Positions 12,501 to 24,100 of a stretch of DNA of 64,000 nucleotides are shown one piece after another. A model generated the notes under the pieces. It saw nothing but the letters and a program-made list of their open reading frames with translations, was not told the DNA's origin and made no database searches. Position 1 is the first letter of the stretch. Each line of letters opens with the position of its first letter. The translations under genes were made by a program, and so were the position numbers. This DNA comes from Paraspadella gotoi (taxonomy: Eukaryota; Animalia; Chaetognatha): assembly GCA_051294375.1 (NCBI GenBank), contig CM119263.1:30629376-30693375 (forward strand), given 5' to 3'.

Positions 12501-15229
12501 CGTCCGAGATAAAATTTAGCGAATAAAAAAGTTGTTATTTTACTCACTGAATAAAAATACTTAAAATACTTACAAAATACATAAAATTGATAAAATTATT
12601 ATTGCGAAAACATTGTTCAATCACATGCACTATATCTAGTGCCTTTTTTTCATTGAAATCGATAGATATTAACTCAAAATATTAGAATTAATTTTTCTTT
12701 TTGATATAATAAGAGAACCAAACTTCCGTCACTTGATGTCGTCAGGTTACTAGTAAATATGCGTTTGAGGATTCCAAATCTGTTTTTAAAATTGACCTAT
12801 GTAGACGCGCATAGACGCGATATGCCTTGAAAGCAAGTTGTTTGGTTTGGTTCCACCTAAATTTTTAGCTTCGGTAATTAAAAAATTGATTTTCTTTGAT
12901 ATCTTTTGAACCCAAAATGCACAGCTTCCACGCTTTTCTTCATTTTTACTCCCATTAGACCAAGCTTTCCCTCTTCCCCCAATCTGCAGCTTACAAGCTA
13001 CCCTCCATTCTTCAACCCATTTAACCAAGCCTTCTCTTCCTTTCCCTCCCTCTTAGCATACAAGCTTCTCCTCTCACATCCCGACCTCCGAATCGACGCG
13101 AAAGACTTTGACGATCGAACGGCGCTGCGTCTAGCGATCGAGTCCTCTAGATCCGAGATGGTTCGAGATCTGGCGGCATCGGGTGCCGCCTTTGTCCAAG
13201 CCGAAACCGCGGTTGAGGGCAAGACTGAGTTTTTGGCTGGAATGGCCAAGACCGAAGTGGAAGGGGCGTTGAAGGCCGGACTGACGGGTGAGACGGGCGC
13301 CTATGGAATTAGAACCAATCTCTGATGGATGTGAAAAAGATCGATCCTGATGTCAAATTCTTTTCTTTTTTTGGGGTAGAATTTTGCGATTCTTGTCTCT
13401 CAGAACTGAGATGTTCAGTGGAGGATTACAAATGCTTCTGCCGTTTGGGATGGGAGGGAAAATTATGCGACAAAGGTTTGGAAATAATATTAAAATTCAA
13501 ATTGAACAGAAAAATAGTTAATTACTAAAAATTTTTAAAAGTCTTGAAACACACTGTGAGTCGTAAAGGCAATAGTTATATTGTCATCATCGGTAAAATC
13601 ATCTTTGGAATATTTTTTTTTCTGCAGACGTGGATGAATGCTTGCAGGTTCCATGTTTGAACCACGGAAATTGCACCAATCTAAAAGGATCTTTTAATTG
13701 TTCTTGCAATGAAGGCTGGAAAGGAAAACTCTGCGCTCAAGGTTTTTTATTAATCGCTACAATGCCAGATTTTCTGATTCTGTCTGATACAATTCTTTTT
13801 TTTCTAGTTAAAATTATATAAAATAAGTAATATTATTAATAATAACAATAATAATAGTAATAATAATGATACTAATAATGATAATAATAAAGTAATAATA
13901 ATAAAACTACGCTTTATTTCAGATATTGACGAGTGTAAATCATCCCCTTGTGTAAATGGAGGATATTGCAATAACACTCAGGGATCCTTTTATTGTTCCT
14001 GCCAAATTGGATGGAAGGGAAAAACTTGTTCAGAAGGTTTACATATTTAATTTAGGTGTCAAAAATATGGGCGTTTTTCAACTTGTTATTTTTTTGTAGA
14101 TATCAATGAGTGCCAGCAAGAGCTTTGCAAAAATGGAGCCACATGCACGAATACTTTAGGCTCATATTTTTGTAGCTGCTCTGACGGTTGGATTGGGAAA
14201 ACTTGTGAAGAGGGTAATGATTGGCAGGCTATTTAACTTCCATTTAGTATCTACTAATACTATGTATAATATTTTTTTTCCTTTATATATCCCTTTATCT
14301 ATCTAAAACTAGGAGAAGCTTTTATTAAACTAAACAACAACAAATGTATAAATTCTTTCAGACATAAATGAATGCCATTCGTCTCCATGTCAAAACGGAG
14401 GAATTTGCAACAATACATTAGGATCCTTTAATTGCTCATGCAAAAAAGGATGGGTAGGAAATACGTGTCTAGATGGTATGTCTTCCTTTGAATTAATCTC
14501 GCATTGAATGTTAAAAGATGAATTTTGATTAGATGTTAATGAATGTCTCGGGACTCCATGCAAAAATGGAGGAGCTTGCAACAACACACATGGATCTTAC
14601 ACCTGTAAATGTACAGATGGCTGGTCGGGGGATGTATGTGAAAACGGTAACTTTGAAATGTTATACCACTTCATTGATAGGGAGGCCGGGTGCTATGGAG
14701 AGAATAAACGAGACAGAGAGAGTTTTGATTGAAAGCTTGCAGGGTCCTGCTATGTCATTATCTTGTAAGTGTGATGAAGGCTTCAACCTCTGTCCAAAGT
14801 CAGGGGCAAGATAGCTTATTTTTTTTTCTGAATGGATAATTCTTATGTTTGTTGTACCAATTTCTTAGATCTATTACAATTTTTTTTTTAAATTTAAAAT
14901 AAACTTTGTCCCACAATTTTCGTAGATGTCGATGAGTGCAAAAGTTTTCCCTGCAAAAATGATGGAACCTGCAGCAATCTCAATGGCACTTACACTTGTA
15001 ATTGCAACGTTGGATGGAGTGGGATGAATTGCCTACAGGGTATCAATTTTACATACTCTTTTTATCCCAAATATCAGAATTGGTGCCAAATTCAAATATA
15101 ATTTTTTATTATTAGATATTGACGAATGCCGATCCAATCCTTGCAAAAATGAAGAGACTTGCGTAAACAACATTGGAAGTTTTACTTGCTCTTGTGGCTC
15201 AGGATGGAAAGACACAAATTGTGAAAAAG
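9577..15229 (+). CDS. CD225/dispanin-anchored protein with ankyrin repeats and EGF/cbEGF repeats (multi-exon; 3' end uncertain)
   Basis: Phase-consistent GT-AG exons: 9577-9606 (ATG); 10625-10841 and 11410-11526 (CD225 pattern [13 protein letters not shown]…G|EEKTARQ…RLAIASF + TM); 11646-11716; 12068-12266 and 13057-13287 (ankyrin: [34 protein letters not shown]); 13380-13475 (atypical EGF); seven 114-bp phase-1 cbEGF exons at 13628-13741, 13923-14036, 14100-14213, 14362-14475, 14533-14646, 14926-15039 and 15116-15229 (D[IV][DN]EC…PC.NGG.C.N..GS[FY].C.C..GW.G..C). A possible terminal exon at 16338-16360 is unverified. Confidence 0.8.
10330..10517. repeat. ~19-20 bp minisatellite (AAAAAGACTGACAGAGTT)
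   Basis: About 9 degenerate tandem units in an intron. Confidence 0.8.
14665..14820 (+). repeat. Short interspersed repeat in an EGF intron; reverse-complement copies at ~21260-21340 and ~21500-21596
   Basis: GAAAGCTTGCAGGGTCCTGCTATGTCATTATCTTGTAAG…GTCCAAAGTCAGGGGCAAGATAGCTTATT matches the nested insert in the 21094-22080 MITE on the opposite strand. Confidence 0.6.
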
Positions 15230-15619
15230 GTACTGTATGTATGCTCCTGTATGTACTGAATCAACCTTGTTGAATTCGAAATAAAACGCATTATAATAAA
15301 CTTGATAAAGATATATTGGAAAACGTACATGAACTAAAAAGTATATGTTTTAATTCATTATGAAATAAGTTGTTCAGCCCCAAGAAAAAAATCGTCATTC
15401 ACACATTTTTTTAACAGAAAATTCTGGACCACGTCAGAAAGTGACATTATCTCATTACGTATGTTTCATTATCATGATATGTATCTTGAACATTGTTCGG
15501 TTCTAGATAAAATAAAAATGCTTTGCTTATACATATTGTGTAAAATGAACCAAGAATGTTTTTTATAATGTTCATATAATGAATTAAAATTAAACATTTT
15601 TTGAAGCTGAAATCGAATA

Positions 15620-17167
15620 CGACGCAGAGACAGATCACGCTTAATTTCAAGTGCACGAAAAAAAAATTATCGGTTATTGAATTTACATTGTCTAACCATT
15701 TGTTCTAACAAGCCATCCCTTCCTGACAGTTATGCTGGACAAATATATGCAAAATTTGATTCGGCTAGAATGATACAGTAAAATACAGTATAAAAGTCGA
15801 AATTTGGACTGAAAAAGTAAATTGTTGTAACTTTTTTTTTAAATACAGTTATGAAAAAAAAACCACATTACCAGTATCTCTTATGTTTCTGCTCTTATAC
15901 GATATCAAAAAGTTTTCTTATTCATACAAGTATTTGTAGTAATAATTTTTTTAAATAACATATATTTTTTTAGTTTTATTTATTTTCAAGCTTACTGCTT
16001 TCATGCATCCCTTGTTCGAGCCCTGAGGTTGTCATGTAGAAAGTGGGATGGACCGGGTAACCCGCCTGTAGGCATGGGCCTACTGCCAGATCCAAAGCTC
16101 TGGACTACATGAACATGCTGTCTCGCTGTCTCCACGAGGTGACACCGCTGCGGGTGTGGCGCCCTGTACAACCAGCCTCTTCAATGTTTTATTTAAGCAT
16201 TTTTTTTCAACGAATCATTAATAATTTGTAATTTTGGTTATGAAATCAATCACTTCTAACTTCTAATGATGCATAACTATAACAAAAATTTTTAAATAAC
16301 TAACTAATGCTATAATAAATTTTTTTATTCCCTTCAGAGTACCATCATCAAATTGATTAACTTTATGTGAAGAAAACAAACAAATAACAAGAATTAACAG
16401 AAATAAATATGTTATGATAACAGCCGGGTGCGGTCACCCGAGGACGGTCTCGCTTTGCCAACGCAGAGAGAAGTCGTTAGAACTGTGGACGGAACTCAAC
16501 ACTTAGGATGGTGCGTTCCCGATGGGATTGGCTGAACGATGTGAGGCGGTGTGAATATACCACCACAATATTTACTTTTCACTTTTCATATCATTTCAAG
16601 AGCTTTAATATATCAACGTTGAATGTCCTTTGGTATTGAAGCCAAGCGGGAATCTTTTTTCGTATTTCCCAGCAGGAAAACGCTTGACTTTTTTATGGCA
16701 GAATACTTGTTCTCCGTAACCCATTTCACCAATACACGGTCATTGATGATGATGGTCTATTACAATGAACAAGTTCAAATATAAATTAAAAAAAATTATT
16801 TTGTAATTCAAGTATCATAATTCATTTACATATTTTGTACTATTCCCAGGTAAAAAATTATTTACTAATGGGTCTGAAATATTGCTCTTTTTCTGTAGAT
16901 AATGAATATCTATTGTTAAAGCTCATTATGTACATTCGTAAGGTAACCAAGGCTCTTAACATAACGCTACTATAATTTTTTGTAAACATTTTTCTGGACT
17001 TGCCCTTCTTGTGGGCGGTTGACACTCATGGAGACAGTACCTTAGATCTCCGAGTACCAAACAACAACTATAGCTAAAAGATTATGAATCAAATATGGCG
17101 ACGAGTGAAGTAAAAATGATCATAAGTAGGCTGGGAAGCAAATTAAGCGTGATATGTCTCTGCGTCT
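15620..17167. mobile_element. Non-autonomous TIR element (TA-flanked); its right ~430 bp recur at 49474-49900
   Basis: TIRs CGACGCAGAGACAGATCACGCTTAATT / AATTAAGCGTGATATGTCTCTGCGTC, flanked by TA. 16742-17167 is near-identical to 49474-49900. Confidence 0.6.
16032..16112 (+). ncRNA. Twister ribozyme (type P5 permutation, minimal P1), in a partial solo LTR (16004-16183) of retrozyme family 2
   Basis: P5 TCATGTAG/CTACATGA; AAA; P2' G(T)GG; GA; T1' TGG; ACCGGG; UAA (predicted cleavage U16058|A16059); P2 CCC; T2 GC; P3 GTAGGC/GCCTAC; P4 CCAGA/TCTGG with loop T-CCA-AAGC. All twister core positions are present. Confidence 0.85.
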
Positions 17168-17540
17168 TACCTCGTTTTTGTTAATAATAAAAAAAATTTA
17201 AAAAATTAATTACATATAGAACTGTGATATAATTGATAATAGCCATATGTTTTCGCTGTGACGCTGTGTTAAATGTTCTTAATATCATTCTGCAAACATG
17301 TCTAAATTTATTGTCTAATTGTTACCACAAATTTATTAAAATCAAGATAAAAACAATTTTACCTTTTTTTTATCTTTAAAGATAAACCAGGCCGAGTTTT
17401 AAAACTATTCTTTAGGAGCTATGTGAACATGTTAAACAGATAGGTTTAATAGAAGAAATTCACAGAAAAAAATAAGTATTTACTTGTAAATCCAAATTGG
17501 TGTAAGCAATACAAAACAATTATATTCTCTGGTCTGCGTT

Positions 17541-17615
<75 letters not shown>

Positions 17616-18108
17616 CCCTTAATCAGTGTCACGCTCTGAGCCTCTCTTATTTACTCTTATCATCATCTCTCAACTTGTCTCTTTGAGTTGCCTATAAATA
17701 ATTATTATCCATAAATAAATTTATATGCATCGACGGTGCTTTTAAAAAAGAAGCTTACAATTAAAATTTTAAACTGGCGAGTAGAAAAAAAAAGAATTCT
17801 GAAATTTTTTTCAAAGTTGCAAAGTTGAAAAGCGTCAAACACTAAAAACAAAAACTTTTCCTGGTAAGTATCCCGATGTTAACATATAATTCTACTCTGC
17901 AGTCTGCAGTCTTAACCCTCAACAATAACGAATCATAAATAACCTTAATCCTATAACAAATTACCCCCTCCTACTAACCCTCTTCCTATTACATTATTAA
18001 ATTTGAATAAATTAAATAAGAATCAAATTGAATACTTAATACTCGTTTAAAAATCTAGTTTTAAATCATAAATTATAGTAAAACAAGTAATCTTGTAATT
18101 TTTCACAG

Positions 18109-21100
18109 GATCAAGTGGATTCTTGGCATGAATCTTATGTTATTCAGGTCAGTTCCAATCTTATGGTTTTTGTTTGGTTAGATTTTATTATGTTTTTATC
18201 ATGTTTAGTTGATATCTTATGTGAAAGACGCCAAGGATGGGAACGTCCAATACTTTTGCCGAAGAGATTTATTGCGAGATTATGAAGGTAATACCTCAAC
18301 ATTAAAAAAAAAAGAATTAGTATGAGAGGCCATTTCCAGCAATTAATTATTACCTCCCTAAGAGAAAAAAGCGAAGAATCTTTTAATACATTTAGGATAT
18401 GAAAAATTGCAAGATTACTTGTTTTACTATGAAAATTTGCAAATTACTTGTTTCACTATTTTCTATTTTTATATTTTATGAAGGATTTAGTATTTAATCT
18501 ATATTATTTAAACAATATTTATTGCTTTCTTTATGAAAAAAATTTTACCAATCATTATATCTATTAGACTAAATTTTAAAACAAATTTAAAAGTTTATTA
18601 TATTTCACTATGTATTGGATTTAATTATTATTTCTTTCGAAATTAAAATAAAATAAATTAAAATAGTTTATGATTCCACCGTGATGGCTTATTCAATATT
18701 CTACACTATTTATCAACTAATTTTCCCATCACTTCCTAGTTACTTATCATTAAAAACGGCATCCATACAAGTATAAGTGAGGCAAAAAAGAAAAGTACTT
18801 TTTCCCTTCAGGTTTCGGAAGGAAAGAAATTTAAAAAAATAGAGAAATTTAAAAAAAAGAAAAGTTGTGGCATCAGGTATTAATATTAAAATTGGCTTAA
18901 GAAACATTAATATTAACATTATTAACATTAATATTGATCTGCTTATGAAACATTTTTGTAAGACTTTTGTGATTGGTATTTAAATTAATTGATTATTAAA
19001 CTTAGCATGATTTAATAACGCAGGCCTTCATCAACAACACCCACCCTACCCCTGACCCTAAAATTGACAATAAACTACCCATAAAGTGCACAACCCTAAC
19101 CCTAAACTTAACCTAACTCAACCCTAACCCTAACCATGAACTACTCAACCCTAACCCTGGCTATGACCAACTCAACCGTAACCATAAACCAAACCACCTC
19201 ATCCCTAACCCTAACCCTAATCTGAGTTTAGTTTAGGCGAAATCGCCATAACTAGAACGCTAGATGTAGTCAGTGCGAAATCGCCAAATCGCAACTTAGC
19301 CATGACGACCTCGCCATTTAGCGTTTTTGTGATGGCGATCTGCCTAAACTAAATTCGGATTAGGGTTAGTGATCAACCAGAATTAACGCAATAACACAAT
19401 TAACACATTGGAATTAACACAATTAACACATTGGAATTACCGTTCTTCTCTCCTCAGACGAATACTTTTGTCAATCGCCAATTTTCAATGCATCCAATCA
19501 GACCATTCCGCTTGCATCTTTTTAAGGCTCTTGGAATTGCCCGTGTTTCTGTGGTGAGTAATTTATAGTAATTGTCTGTTTGGTTTAATATTTCATAACA
19601 GATGATAGATATTTCTTATTCAGGACCCAAACCACTGTCTTCTTAATGTATTGCGTCAACAATCCTGAAGGACCAGTCTTGTTCATGGATTTTTGGAATG
19701 AACGGGAAATTAACTATTATTTTGAGGTCACAACATTTCTACCTTAAACAAAGCAAAATTGTAAAAAATTATATTGTCAAAGTCAGTTTCTGTGCGGTAA
19801 TTTTAAATCAATCTTTTTTTTCACAAAGAACTTTTTGTTAAATTTTCTCTAGATGTAGCCTTTAATTTTTCTATTTTTCTTATTTAGTGCCTTTATTCAA
19901 TAGCCTTTAATTTTTCTATTTTTCTATTTTTCTTATTCAGTGCAAAATAGAGAGAGAGTTAGATCAAAGAAAACTGTTAAAGTGAAAAGGATCATAATGT
20001 CCGTCAGTCCGTTTGTCTGTCTGTCAGTCCGTCCCCTTTACCTTTGAAGACAAATTACTCATGAGTGGATGGGGCGATTGACATGAAAATTTATTATGTG
20101 TGGAGAAATGTGTGATTGAGCAGGAAATCAAGTTACGATGGAATCGTCCAAGTGGAAATGATTTTAAATGGAAAAAACAAAAAAAAACACGTTTCACTAT
20201 TTGATTTTTCCTTTGTTTCCTTTTATTTTAAATGTAAATGCAAGTTGTAACTACATCGATTATCAAAATCACCAACATCACAACTACCAACATAACTATC
20301 ACAATAACCACAACAACCATAGTTACTATAAAAACGACCATAACCTGCATAATAAATTAATTAATTTATCATGTGATAAGCTTCTTACCGCGAAATGATC
20401 TTGAGTTCATCATATCCGGCATTGTTTGCTTAAACTTGTTTCATTCTTGGTTGGATTCTTTGACTCTTTCTCTCGCGGTGATTTAATTTAAGGTCAGAAA
20501 ATACAACTATATTTTACTTTTTCTTCCTTCATAGATTGATTATAATGGACCCAAAAAAGCTTTATACTGGAATGGAAATCAAAACCCGGATATTATGAAG
20601 CCTGAACTTATAGCTAAGACTTGGAAAATTTCCAACAGAGTATATTATCATGTAAGAAAAGGATATCTGTAAAAAAAGATTGCTGACCGACGGTCATTGG
20701 TCATTGGTCAGTGACCAATAAGGCTTTTTACAAGTAGCTGTAAGAAAACATGGTTATGGTCTTAAATTAAAAAAAAAGCTCTTGCAGCATTGACAGCTTT
20801 GACTTGAAAAAACCAAAAAGTTTTGGGGACTCTCTTTTAACTGAATCCTTAACACTAATCGTTAACCTTAAATCCTAACTTTGACCTAATCCTAAATTCT
20901 AACCCTAAATATTTATCCCTAACCCTATTTACTAAGCTAATCATTAACCTTAATGACAAACCTAATCCCTAACCTAATCCTTAACCTTTAACCTAATATT
21001 TTACTGAACAAGAACGGTAATTCAAATTTGTTGCGCCAGTGACTGACTTATCACGTATATTTCTCATGACATGATATGTCATGACATGACTACTAAGGCG

Positions 21101-24100
21101 TAGTGAAAGTTACATACGAAAATTCTAAAAGTCAATTATGAACAACATACCATAGTGAACATTAATTTGTAAAAAAAATTAATTTTATGTTTTTTAATAT
21201 ATTTATGCTATTTATGAAATTAGTACAACCAATATAAAAATTATCCATTCATTTAATAAATAAGCTATCTTGCCCCTGACTCTCTCACAGTCTCGTTTAT
21301 TCACTCCCAGAGTACCTGGCTTCCCTATCAATGAAGTTAAAAATATTTCAAAGAATGTTTCAATTGTATGAAAAGACCACTCCCTTAAGTATTAGATCGG
21401 GGAATACTTAGTGTACTCCGCACTAGCATCAAAATACAAGGAGCTGAATTTTATGAAATTGGTACAACCAATATAAAAATTATCCTTTCATTTAATAAAT
21501 AAGCTATCTTGCCCCTGACTTTGGACAGGCTTTGGTGGTTTAAGGCCTCCATCACTCTTACAAGATAATGACATAGCAGGTCCCTGCAAGCTTTCCTGCA
21601 TGCTATCCTTATAAAATCGAAAAATTTCAAAATAGACTTTTCTCTTAATTCTATAGCAGATTTGAATTCCTCGTCAAAAGTTGATAAAAGAAAATATAAA
21701 TAATTTTAAAAATTCTTTCATTAAGTGGGTTAAAAATTAATAAAACTATATTTAGTATATAAAAAGTTAATTTTCAGCTTAAAATATAGATTTTTTTAAT
21801 TTTTGACCCATTTAATGAAGGAATTTTTCAAAAAGAGTTATATTTTCTTTTTATCAACTTTTTACGACGAATCCAAATCTGCAAAAAAATCTTAGAAAGA
21901 ACTGTTTGGAAATTTTAACAATTTATTGGTTTAGTACTAGTATAAATATGGCCTACTGCGTAAATTGTAAAATTTATTAAAAATTTTTTTATTACATAAA
22001 TGTTCATAAGTATAATACTGTTCGTTCCTCACTTTTAGAATTTTAATTAAAGTTAAATTTAGAAATTTTACTACGCTTTAATGACTACAATGACTTTCTT
22101 AGCCCATATATTTCTGACACGCACTGAATCGGAATTTTGTTTTTTATTCTTTATAGATTTAGGATTTCTCTAAGGCGGCGCTAGCAATCCTTTAGATTTT
22201 GTATTTTTTCCTTTCTTAACAATGAGAAACCAACTATATGTAAGTTATGAGCATTTTTAACGTAAGTGGGACAGACCAATGGACGGACTAATGGACCAAC
22301 CGACGGACACACCGACTGAAAAGTCACATATAGAAAAAAACTAACCTTTATTCCTAACTTAAGATGGAATGCGGCGTTCTGAGAAATTAAAGCAAACAAA
22401 ATGAAAAGAGTTTTCAACTAATTTTTAGATCTTCCTTTTGATTCGTCTCACTGCAAGTTGTTTTGTTGGTTTTACTCAATATGATAAGAACAACTGATTT
22501 TAATCGAGTTTTACATCACGTTGTAACGAAGCAGTTAACAAAATATATTTTTGTGGTCCTACCTATTTATCTATTAGAATTGTGGTTAAAGATATCTATT
22601 GAACCAATTTTGCAGTGTGTTTTGCGTGGTTTATTTGACTGTTACATCTTCGAGCAGATTTTATTTTATAATAAGAAATGATTATGGATTAAGCGATACT
22701 TATTTGTTGACAATGTTAGTGAGACACATTTTGGGCCTTACGTTAATCATTTTAAACCTGACTTTGATATGGACTTTATTGCCTTACGTTGAATGTCGAG
22801 AGAGTTTCCCAGCGAAGAAGTTAAACTTTCTTGATTGTTATGATTATGAATGCACTTTTGTGAATTTTAATTTGGATAAATGTTTATATCGTACATGGTT
22901 AAGTTTAGTGAAAAACGAGTTCGCCCAGTTTCCATTTGTTAATACAAACAATTCCACCAAAAAATTGGTTGATATAACAAAATATACTATGGGTTTTCCA
23001 AATATCATTTATCATTCAGCACTTTTCACAGTTTGGTGCATGATACATCGTGTTGGTATGAATAAAGTTTATTCTATGAACTTTCTTGAAAATATTTATT
23101 TTCTTTTTATTAGCTGCTTTTGGTTATGCGGTTTATACTTTGTATATGGCTGGTTTAATATGTTCTTACTTTTACAATAAAAACCAAGAAAATATGTCAT
23201 ATGGTGACAGATTAAGCATACTTGATTCTTATTTCGACATAAATAATTTTGAAGAAATACAAAAGAAAATATTCCGGAAGTATTTTCTCTTAAAGGTTTA
23301 AAAGAAATTTTGTTAATGAAATATAAATGAAGCATAAAATAGATATTTAATGAATATGAAATTGGTTCAACAAGTATAAAATGATACAAACCAAGTGAAA
23401 ATATTTGATAAGCTATTCTTAAATAAATCTTCATCATCACTGGTTAATAAGGCGTAGTGAAAGTTAAATACAAAAATTCTAAAAGTCAATTATGAACAAC
23501 ATACCATCAGTGAACATTAATTTTGTAAAAAAAAAATAATTTTATTTTTTTAATTTTCCGCAGTAGGCCATATTTAATATAGTACTATCTTATAAAACGN
23601 NNNNNNNNNNNNNNNNNNNNNNNNAAATATAGTTTTTTTTAATTTTTGACCCACTTAATGAAGGGATTTTTTAAAAAGAGTTTTCATGGTATAAAAAGCG
23701 CTGATGAAGGCTCGAATTTATGAGCCGAAACATGTCTGCTAAGAAGTAAGATACAAAAATAATATCGTTGTACAAATTAATTCAAAACTTTGTTAAAAAG
23801 AGTTATATTTCTTTTTATCAACTTTTTATGACGAATCCAAATCTGCAAAAAAATTTTAGAAAAAACTGTTTTGAAATTTTAACATTTATTGGTGTAGTAC
23901 TAGTATAAATATGGCCTTCTGCGTAAATTGTAAAATTTATTAAAAATTTTTTTATTACATAAATGTTCATAAGTATAATACTGTTCGTTCCTCACTTTTA
24001 GAATTTTAATTAAAGTTAAATTTAGAAATTTTACTACGCTTTAATGACTACAATGACTTTCTTAGCCCATATATTTCTGACACGCACTGAATCGGAATTT

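Noticed and set aside
13380-15229. Notch/Delta orthologue
   Set aside because: Ankyrin precedes EGF, and no LNR, NOD or DSL domain or downstream TM is seen; not Notch.
22181-22417. Signal-peptide-like ORF MKTLFILFALISQNAAF (also 24133-24381)
   Set aside because: It is antisense to an intron of the channel gene, runs into a GGAC-type repeat remnant and has no further exon support.
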